64,000 nt of DNA from an uncultured Spirochaetales bacterium (lineage in GTDB: Bacteria; Spirochaetota; Spirochaetia; Sphaerochaetales; Sphaerochaetaceae), in assembly GCA_949295675.1 (NCBI GenBank), contig CASFMA010000026.1, positions 9,898 through 73,897 on the forward strand, given 5' to 3'. The notes below the pieces were generated by a model. It did no database searches and was not told the DNA's origin. It worked only from the letters and a program-made list of their open reading frames with translations. Both the position numbers and the translations under genes were made by a program. Below are positions 20,807 through 28,006 of the stretch, in pieces; within the stretch, counting starts at the first letter, position 1, and every line of letters starts with the position of its first letter.

Positions 20807-20848
20807 AAAACCACCGTATACCTCTTGGTACGCGGTGGCTTTCTCTTT
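20807..20848. terminator. Bidirectional intrinsic terminator shared by rpmE and hsp20
   Basis: AAAA, then CCACCGTATACC, a TCTT loop, GGTACGCGGTGG, then CTTTCTCTTT. The stem is 12 bp with one mismatch and one G-U pair. T-rich tracts follow it on both strands. It abuts the hsp20 stop codon. Confidence 0.55.
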
Positions 20849-21290
20849 ATCTGCCGATCTTCACGTCAATCTGCCTTGGTTTCTCTTCCGGTGTCTTCGG
20901 AAGCGTTATCTCAAGGACACCATTGCTGAAATCTGCAGTGATCCCAGACTCATCAAGCCCTTCAGGAAGGGAGAATGATCTTTCGAAGGATTCATGCCTT
21001 CTTTCCTTTATAAGGTATTTCTTCCCGTCATTGTCCTTTTCCTTCTCAGTCTCATCGACTGTTCCGGAGATCTTGAGAACATGCTTGTCTACGGTGATCT
21101 TGACGTTTTCCTTTGAGAACCCAGGCATCTCTGCCTTGATCATGTAGTTATCTGCATTCTCCTCTACATCCACAGCTGGTATCTTTGATGAGTAGCTGCC
21201 CCACGCTCCCAGCATTGAATCGAAGAAATCATCGAAGATTGAAAGGTCCCTTCTCCTGTTCTCATTATATCTTTCCAAATCGTTTGCCAT
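20847..21290 (-). CDS. Small heat-shock protein (Hsp20 / alpha-crystallin family)
   Basis: Alpha-crystallin domain PAVDVEENADNYMIKAEMPGFSKENVKITVD..GVLEITLPK. The ATG at 21290 has a strong AGGAGG RBS. The longer ORF to 21338 would begin downstream of the predicted promoter. Confidence 0.85.
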   Translation of the reverse strand: MANDLERYNENRRRDLSIFDDFFDSMLGAWGSYSSKIPAVDVEENADNYMIKAEMPGFSKENVKITVDKHVLKISGTVDETEKEKDNDGKKYLIKERRHESFERSFSLPEGLDESGITADFSNGVLEITLPKTPEEKPRQIDVKIGR

Positions 21291-21342
21291 ATAAGGCCTC
21301 CTGTATATTCTGTTTCTGTTCCTTTGGAACACAGACATATAG

Positions 21343-21358
21343 GCAAAGAGTGTGCCAA
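21343..21358 (-). promoter_or_regulatory. Sigma-54 (-24/-12) promoter match upstream of hsp20
   Basis: The minus strand reads TTGGCACACTCTTTGCC, that is TGGCAC-N5-TTGC with canonical GG/GC spacing. The -12 element lies ~53 nt upstream of the 21290 start. Confidence 0.5.
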
Positions 21359-21573
21359 ATCAAATAATTTGTTATATAATATATAATTATATAATATTAT
21401 CATTATGTCGGTAATGTGAAGAGGCGACATTTTCACCCATGTTGCCGATAGTTGCGCTTTATTGTGGTCATTTTGATACAGCTTGTCTGTGATTGACTTG
21501 AAAATGGCCCATCAGGACATATGCTTGCAACGCTTGCTTCCAATTTTTTATAATCCTTTCAAAGGGTGTATCA

Positions 21574-22752
21574 ATGGACGGGACAGCAAAAGCACATCAG
21601 GGAGAATATGGTGTACAGCCAGGTGTTCTGGTAGAGGTTCCTCAGGTAACGACACTGCTTGGCGCATTTGCAGAGTATTGTGGCGGCTATGCGCTGATGA
21701 GCACCAATGACCATGGACTGCGTGTCGCTATATCCAAGCGTGATGACAATACCGTACGGGTCTTCAATGCGACCAAGGGCGAGAGAAAGAAGTTCCAGCT
21801 TTCAGCCCTCAAGGAGAGGAAGGAGGACAAGTGGGCCTCAATCGTCAAGGCGGTATGCCAGGTGCTTATATCTGCTGAAATCCCGATATCAGGCTTTGAT
21901 ATGACATTCAAGGGCCAGAGCGCAAGTGCGGATGCCCCCTCGATAACGGCAGCTATAGTCTCAGGGATGATATACGGCCTCAATTCGCTTGATTCGCTAG
22001 GGCTGGATGCCAACACGATGATGAGGCTCAGCTTCGGTGCGAACAGATACATCTCGAAATATGGCTCAAGGCTACGCGATCTCATAACACTCTTTACGGC
22101 TGTACCCGGCAGGATAATATTCTTTGATCTTGAGAGCTATGATTATGATTCATACAGCTATCCATTCACATCGGAAAGCGGCATAGGCTCATACTTCATA
22201 GACTGTTCACTGCCTGAGGATGAGCTGTCCGCTGAGGTTGAGATATTCAGGGACAACTGCACGAAAGCTGCAAAGCTCACAAAGGAAGCTCTCTCTTACG
22301 GAGAGAAGCTCAAAGGACTGACTGAACGTGGCATAAGGCATCTTCATCTTCCGCTTTCAGAGGATATGAAGAGAACCATAAGCTTTGTCGTGGAGGATTC
22401 GGCTTTTGCACGCAAGGGCCTTGATGCGATAAAGGCGAAGGATGCGACAGCCTTCGGCAAGATCTTCACCGCGGAACAGCGGAATATATCAGAGCTTGCC
22501 GATCTTACATCACCTGAAGTGGACTGGCTTGTCAAAAGGGGCATAGAAGCTGCCGGGGTGAAGGGGATAACCGAGATATCTGTCGGGATATCAGGGACCC
22601 TTGTCGCCCTTATCGAGAAAGATGCGGTGGAGCAGTACAGTGCGCAGCTCGAGGAATATGAGCGGATCTTCGGCTTCCATCCCATAATGCGCGAATATGT
22701 TCCATCCAGCGGCCTGAGGATAATTGATGCGGATGAATATTCTTCTCTCTAA
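21574..22752 (+). CDS. GHMP-kinase-fold protein, galactokinase-like with degenerate motifs
   Basis: 392 aa. The N-terminal VTTLLGAFAEYCGGYAL sits where the galactokinase signature is expected, and GQSASADAPSITAAIVSG sits where the PxGSGLSSSA phosphate-binding loop is expected. Confidence 0.5.
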   Translation: MDGTAKAHQGEYGVQPGVLVEVPQVTTLLGAFAEYCGGYALMSTNDHGLRVAISKRDDNTVRVFNATKGERKKFQLSALKERKEDKWASIVKAVCQVLISAEIPISGFDMTFKGQSASADAPSITAAIVSGMIYGLNSLDSLGLDANTMMRLSFGANRYISKYGSRLRDLITLFTAVPGRIIFFDLESYDYDSYSYPFTSESGIGSYFIDCSLPEDELSAEVEIFRDNCTKAAKLTKEALSYGEKLKGLTERGIRHLHLPLSEDMKRTISFVVEDSAFARKGLDAIKAKDATAFGKIFTAEQRNISELADLTSPEVDWLVKRGIEAAGVKGITEISVGISGTLVALIEKDAVEQYSAQLEEYERIFGFHPIMREYVPSSGLRIIDADEYSSL

Positions 22753-23467
22753 TGATGACGGTTTCGAGGCTCTTGGCATAAATGTGCTTGATCGCGTGCT
22801 TTCCGAAAGGCACGTTGTTACAGTCGCGGCTCCTGATCGCGAGCAGAGCGGTAAGTCGCACTCGATGACAATAAGGGGACGTGTACGCATAACAGAGTAC
22901 GGCGACAGGCATTTCCATGTCTCAGGCACTCCTGCTGACTGCATAATATACAGCCATAGATGCTCGCTCTTCCCCGTCCAGCCTGATATCGTGATAGCCG
23001 GCATAAACCATGGCTACAACCTTTCTGCCGATATAGTTTATTCGGGCACATGCGCTGCTGCGAGGCAGGCTGCGTTCTATGGCATGAAGGCAATAGCGCT
23101 TTCTGCAGAGGATGGATGCGGCGAGGATACATTTGAGAAGGCTGCACGCTTTGTCCTTGATAACCTTGAAGCGCTCTCAGCTGCTATCAGGCCTATGACG
23201 TTCCTGAACATAAATGTCCCTGTGTCATTCTCCGGCGAGTGGGAGAAAGGCGGCATAGGCTTTGTCCGCTATCTTGATGATATCTCAGTGGTGGAGGAAT
23301 GCGGGAACATAAGGGAGCTTGAGATAAACGGGTGCGAGTTCCATCGCTTCCCTGCAGCTGGAGCTTACAGGGCAGATTATGAGATCTGTGCCTCGGGGCG
23401 GGCCGCTGTGACTCTTGTTGATGTGCTTCCGCACTATTCTGCATCCATGGACTCATTTTCGCTGTGA
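22727..23467 (+). CDS. surE: 5'/3'-nucleotidase SurE
   Basis: N-terminus NILLSNDDGFEA with full-length SurE similarity. The start is ambiguous (TTG 22724, ATG 22727 or ATG 22733) and overlaps the upstream gene. Confidence 0.85.
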   Translation: MRMNILLSNDDGFEALGINVLDRVLSERHVVTVAAPDREQSGKSHSMTIRGRVRITEYGDRHFHVSGTPADCIIYSHRCSLFPVQPDIVIAGINHGYNLSADIVYSGTCAAARQAAFYGMKAIALSAEDGCGEDTFEKAARFVLDNLEALSAAIRPMTFLNINVPVSFSGEWEKGGIGFVRYLDDISVVEECGNIRELEINGCEFHRFPAAGAYRADYEICASGRAAVTLVDVLPHYSASMDSFSL

Positions 23468-23766
23468 AGTGGGAGGATATATGCAGGCAATGCGCGCTCT
23501 GCTGCTATGAGCGCGTGTCATATCCTGACGAGGTCATTGTAGATAAATCATCGCCATGCCAGTTCCTTGACACATCATCGGGGCTGTGCACTGTCTATGA
23601 CAGGCGCTTCAAAGCCTGTCCTGCATGTTCGAAGGTGACTCTATGGGATGCTGTTATCGGTGATTCCCTTCCTCCGGGCTGCGGGTATATAGAATGGGCT
23701 AGAAGACATCATATAAGGCTCCGCCGCGACAAGGCGCTGGTAATCGAAGAGCGAGCAGAGAGTTGA
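23464..23766 (+). CDS. YkgJ-family cysteine-cluster protein (UPF0153)
   Basis: CRQCALCCY (CxxCxxCC) plus downstream cysteines (CQF, CTVY, CPAC). The GTG start overlaps the surE stop. Confidence 0.55.
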   Translation: MKWEDICRQCALCCYERVSYPDEVIVDKSSPCQFLDTSSGLCTVYDRRFKACPACSKVTLWDAVIGDSLPPGCGYIEWARRHHIRLRRDKALVIEERAES

Positions 23767-23807
23767 CCTCATCCGCTAAAGCTAATAACTTACGTGTGAG
23801 GAAAAAT

Positions 23808-24977
23808 ATGGATAGATACGTCTACCTTGATAATAATGGCACAACGCAGATGGCTGATGAGGTGATCTCATTCATCCACGAGAATGATGTGCTTTATGGA
23901 AATGCTTCAAGCATGCACACTGTAGGACGCCAGGCAGCAAGCGGAATTGACTGGGCCAGAGGCGAAGTCGCTGCATTGATTGACGGCGACAAGTCCGGGG
24001 TGATCTTCACTTCAGGTGCATCTGAAAGCAACAATACAGTATTCTCCATCTTCCGTGACAGGATAGATGATGGGGATAAGCGCAACCGCATCGTGACGAC
24101 CACGATAGAGCATCCGGCGACGATAGAGACAGCCAAGTACCTCAGGGCAAAGGGATACAAGGTTGATCTCTGCCCTGTAGACAAGGCTGGCCGCGTAAGG
24201 CTTTCTGAGATGGAGAAGCTTATCGGGGACGATACTGCCCTTGTATCTGTCATGCTTGGCAACAACGAGACCGGTACGATACAGCCAGTGAAGGAAGTTG
24301 CGGCGATGGCTCATGCCAAGGGCGCATTCGTCCACACCGACGCAACCCAGGCCATCGGCAAGATACCTGTCTCTGTCAAGGATCTCGATGTGGATTACCT
24401 TTCGCTTTCTGCTCATAAGTTCTATGGCCCCAAGGGTATAGGCGTGCTTTATGCGAGGCCCGGCGTGCCTCTCTCCCCGTTTGTCCATGGAGGACATCAG
24501 GAAGGTGGGATGAGGGCCGGTACATACAATAACCAGGCTATCTTCGGACTCGGCAAGGCAGCAGAGCTTGCAAGGCTTTCTGTCAAGGAAGAGCATGACA
24601 AGCTGTGGGAGATGAGGGAAGCATTGAGGAAAGGTATCGAGGAAAGGATCCCAGACGTCGTTATCAACGGCCCTGATGACAGCTCCCTGTGCCTTCCGGG
24701 CACTCTGAATGTTTCATTTCCGGGCGCAGAGGGCGAGTCTATACTGCTTTATCTCGATCTGGAGGGAATAGAGGTATCCACAGGTTCTGCCTGCGCTACA
24801 GGCTCGCTTGAGCCAAGCTACGTGCTTATCGCATCAGGGCTTCCTGTCGAGCTTGCGCATGGCTCGGTCCGCTTCTCGTTCGGACGGTTCAACACGATGG
24901 ATGATGTAAGCTACGTTCTGCAAAAGCTTCCTCCTATCATCGAGCGGATAAGGAATATGAGTACAAGGAAGGTGTGA
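23808..24977 (+). CDS. nifS: Cysteine desulfurase NifS
   Basis: PLP lysine context SLSAHKFYGPKGIG and active-site cysteine context STGSACATGS. The ATG at 23808 has a GAGGA RBS. Confidence 0.9.
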   Translation: MDRYVYLDNNGTTQMADEVISFIHENDVLYGNASSMHTVGRQAASGIDWARGEVAALIDGDKSGVIFTSGASESNNTVFSIFRDRIDDGDKRNRIVTTTIEHPATIETAKYLRAKGYKVDLCPVDKAGRVRLSEMEKLIGDDTALVSVMLGNNETGTIQPVKEVAAMAHAKGAFVHTDATQAIGKIPVSVKDLDVDYLSLSAHKFYGPKGIGVLYARPGVPLSPFVHGGHQEGGMRAGTYNNQAIFGLGKAAELARLSVKEEHDKLWEMREALRKGIEERIPDVVINGPDDSSLCLPGTLNVSFPGAEGESILLYLDLEGIEVSTGSACATGSLEPSYVLIASGLPVELAHGSVRFSFGRFNTMDDVSYVLQKLPPIIERIRNMSTRKV

Positions 24978-24978
24978 T

Positions 24979-25590
24979 ATGGCAAGCAGTTTCATGGCAG
25001 AGTGGGTATATACAGATACAGTCAAGGATCATTTCATGAATCCGCGGAATCTCTGGAAGGAGGGCGAGGATTTCTCTCCTGATGGAGTAGGAGAGGTCGG
25101 ATCCCTTGCATGCGGCGATCAGATGAGGGTCGGCATCCAGGTTGAGGATGGCAGGATAAAGGCGCTGAGGTGGCTTACATATGGCTGTGCGTCCGCAATA
25201 GCATCCACATCTATGATGAGCGAGATAGCCACAGGCATGACTCTTGAGGAAGCTTACCACATAACCCCTGAGATGATCACATCTGCTTTGGGCGGGCTTC
25301 CTGAGCATAAGTTCCATTGCTCCGTCCTTGGTGACAAGGCTCTCCGCGCTGCGATTGATGATTACTTCGAGAAGAATGGCATCAAGAACAACCTGAAGAA
25401 CAGCACTGCCAAGATCATATGCGAGTGCAAGGGTGTGACGGACCAGATGATCGAGGAGCTTGTGAAGAGCGATAAGGTCAGGAATTTCGAGGAACTCCAG
25501 GCGGCTACCGGATGCTGCACAGCCTGTGGCAAATGCCGTTCGAAGATCATGGATGAGCTGAACGAGTTCCTGCATATCTATGGCAAATGA
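24979..25590 (+). CDS. nifU: NifU-type Fe-S cluster scaffold (IscU-like domain plus BFD-like 2Fe-2S domain)
   Basis: Scaffold cysteines in GSLACGDQM, YGCASAIAS and HCSVLG. BFD-like cysteines in CECKGVT and CCTACGKC. Confidence 0.85.
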   Translation: MASSFMAEWVYTDTVKDHFMNPRNLWKEGEDFSPDGVGEVGSLACGDQMRVGIQVEDGRIKALRWLTYGCASAIASTSMMSEIATGMTLEEAYHITPEMITSALGGLPEHKFHCSVLGDKALRAAIDDYFEKNGIKNNLKNSTAKIICECKGVTDQMIEELVKSDKVRNFEELQAATGCCTACGKCRSKIMDELNEFLHIYGK

Positions 25591-25901
25591 TCAGTGCTTA
25601 CGGTGATATGGTCAAGGATGCGCTTTATCCCAAGAAGCGTGTCCTGACCAAGCGCAATAAATACCTCAAGATCGCAGAGCCAAGGGCGTTCTCGCCGGAT
25701 GAGATAAAGATGCTGAGGCGTCGTCTCAAGCTGTCTGTCGGGATGTTCGCCTCGCTCTTTGCTGTCTCTGACAAGACAGTCGAGGCATGGGAAGCAGGGA
25801 CTAATGTGCCTTCCGGGCCTGCGCTGCGCCTCATGTCCATGATAATTGTCTATCCTGATATCCTCGTCGATACCAGGACGTTCTATGAGACAGCGGATTA
25901 G
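25587..25901 (+). CDS. XRE-family helix-turn-helix protein resembling HigA/MqsA-type antitoxins
   Basis: FSPDEIKMLRRRLKLSVGMFASLFAVSDKTVEAWEAGTNVPSGPALRLM. The start overlaps the nifU stop as ATGA. Confidence 0.6.
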   Translation: MISAYGDMVKDALYPKKRVLTKRNKYLKIAEPRAFSPDEIKMLRRRLKLSVGMFASLFAVSDKTVEAWEAGTNVPSGPALRLMSMIIVYPDILVDTRTFYETAD

Positions 25902-27550
25902 ATCGCGCCGTATATCGAGCCGCCGATGAACTCACGCAGGATCGAGTCCGGCGGTACATCATCTTTCGGAGCGGGGTATATCAGGTCGAGGAAATCGAGA
26001 AGCCTCCTCGCAAGCGTATAGGCATCCCCAGTCTCCTTCCTTACAGAGCGCAGGAGCGGGATGGCCAGCGGGGCAAGCACAGCCAGCTCATATTCAAGCG
26101 CGCTGTTTATCATGACATCTGCATTGTTCTGGTATGGGAAGATGTTGTTCTTCTCGCCCCTTTCCACGCTTGGCCATCTCGTAAGCGTCTCGACAGCATC
26201 AAGCCCTCTTGTCCTGTTGTCCCTTACCATGCGCCTGAGTATCCTGTTGTCTGTCGTGCTTATGCGTGAGCGTGTATCGAGGTTGACCTGTGTCAGCGCA
26301 GATATGTATATCTTGTAGCATTCATCCTTCGGGAAATCTGGGCAAAGTGCGGGATTAAGGCCATGTATTCCCTCGATTATCAGGATTGTATGCTCTCCCA
26401 TCCTTGAAGGGACAGGGGCAAAGCTTGTCTTCTTATCCTTGAAAGAGTGCCTTGCGAGATGTACTTCCTCTCCATCCAGAAGAGCTTTCAGCTGCAGCCT
26501 CAGAAGCTCAAGATCAAGCGATTCAAGAACCTCGAAGTCCTTCTCCCCGTTCTCATCAAGAGGTATCTTGTCTCCTTCCAGATAGTAGTCATCCAATGAG
26601 ATCCTCAGGCATTCATAGCCATGCGCTCTAAGCTCATCCGTAAGCTTCATGGAGAACGTTGTCTTGCCTGAAGATGATGGACCCGCTATGAACACGGCTC
26701 TTACCTTCTTCCTCTTTCTTATATCTTCAGCAGCATCTGCGATCCTTTTCCTTTGCAGCGTCTCTGTCAGCCTTATGGTCTCTGCCAGCTTCCCATCCGC
26801 GATCTTCGCGTTCAGATCGCCAAGTGATTCGATTGAGAGGATGCTTGCATATTTCTTGTTCTCCTGGAATACGGAGAATAGCAGAGGGTTGTCTGAAAAT
26901 GGTTTTATGCAGAGAGGATCCCTTGACTGCGGATAGCGCAGCAGCATCCCATCCTGATATGGCCTCAGCTCCCATTTCTCAAGATATGATGCGGAAAGAA
27001 GAAGCGGCTCATAGTATACCTCCAGGCAGCTCCCGAGCCTTGCGAACCGGTAAGATCCGGCATTGATCGTTCCAAGAAGCCGCACGGTCTCGGTAAGGAG
27101 ATGTTTCTCTGAATACTCAAGTGCCTCTTCTGCGGTAAGCTCAAGGATCTCAAACGGGATGTCATCTGCAATCGCTTTCTCCATCACCCTGGTCAGGGCA
27201 GGTATGTCAGGCGGATTGCCGTCACGGTACCTGAAATAGTATCCATCGCCGAAGCTGTGGCCTATGATAAGGGTGCGTTCCGGCGCTATTTCTGCAGAGG
27301 CATATGAAAGCAGGAAGCAGAGGCTCTTCCTGTATACGCGAAGCCCGTTCCTCGAGAACAGCCTTATTGAACGTATATCCGCATTGCCATAAAGCCTCTC
27401 CGAGAGCGAGGTAGCGATCCCGTTGACCGTTGCAGCCACCACCGGATTCGAGCTGTATTCCCGGTTCCCGATATCGATCACGCTCTGCACTGCTGAGCCT
27501 TTCTCAGCCTTCGCTTCCTTTCCATCTATCCTGACAAGTATGCTTTCCAT
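25898..27550 (-). CDS. Uridine kinase/phosphoribulokinase-family P-loop protein with a long N-terminal (TGS/ThrRS-like) extension
   Basis: P-loop FIAGPSSSGKTTFS at about residue 300. I prefer the ATG at 27550 (MESILVRIDGKE) over the TTG at 27586. Confidence 0.6.
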   Translation of the reverse strand: MESILVRIDGKEAKAEKGSAVQSVIDIGNREYSSNPVVAATVNGIATSLSERLYGNADIRSIRLFSRNGLRVYRKSLCFLLSYASAEIAPERTLIIGHSFGDGYYFRYRDGNPPDIPALTRVMEKAIADDIPFEILELTAEEALEYSEKHLLTETVRLLGTINAGSYRFARLGSCLEVYYEPLLLSASYLEKWELRPYQDGMLLRYPQSRDPLCIKPFSDNPLLFSVFQENKKYASILSIESLGDLNAKIADGKLAETIRLTETLQRKRIADAAEDIRKRKKVRAVFIAGPSSSGKTTFSMKLTDELRAHGYECLRISLDDYYLEGDKIPLDENGEKDFEVLESLDLELLRLQLKALLDGEEVHLARHSFKDKKTSFAPVPSRMGEHTILIIEGIHGLNPALCPDFPKDECYKIYISALTQVNLDTRSRISTTDNRILRRMVRDNRTRGLDAVETLTRWPSVERGEKNNIFPYQNNADVMINSALEYELAVLAPLAIPLLRSVRKETGDAYTLARRLLDFLDLIYPAPKDDVPPDSILREFIGGSIYGAI

Positions 27551-27588
27551 CCTCTTATGATAACCACACGTTGCCGTGCTATGCAAAT

Positions 27589-27963
27589 TCAGCTTATGTG
27601 ATCAGCGTGAAGTTCATCTATTATCCATCGCATTATCACATCCCTGACATAAAGCTTCTCGTCCTCAGTGAGTTCCCTTCCTTTCTCTATGTGGTGCCAT
27701 TTCTCAAGGCATCCACGGCAGCAGCAGCCTGTCGCATGTTGCGCTATGAAGACAGGATGCCCCTTCATAGGTGTCTGACGGCCATCGTTCCGTGGCTCTG
27801 CCGGGGCGAGCCTATGCGCTATGAAGTCTTCAGCATGATGCTCTATCGTCTTCAGCCCTTTCTCCTTTATGTAGCTGATATCCTTCCCGGAAAGATGGAA
27901 CCTGCTTCTGAATGCGGATCTGGAGAGCCGTTCTGAAAGATATCTCCATTCTTCATCTGTCAT
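27589..27963 (-). CDS. DUF4186-family protein
   Basis: HPVFIAQHATGCCCRGCLEKWH matches the conserved DUF4186 core as I recall it. The start is either 27963 (MTDEEW) or 28008. Confidence 0.55.
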   Translation of the reverse strand: MTDEEWRYLSERLSRSAFRSRFHLSGKDISYIKEKGLKTIEHHAEDFIAHRLAPAEPRNDGRQTPMKGHPVFIAQHATGCCCRGCLEKWHHIEKGRELTEDEKLYVRDVIMRWIIDELHADHIS

Positions 27964-28006
27964 GGCTTCATTGTACCACTTGTACGTATCGTATATACTG
28001 CAATCC

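Noticed and set aside
24937-25575. 212-aa minus-strand ORF
   Set aside because: It is antisense to nifU and has no family resemblance.
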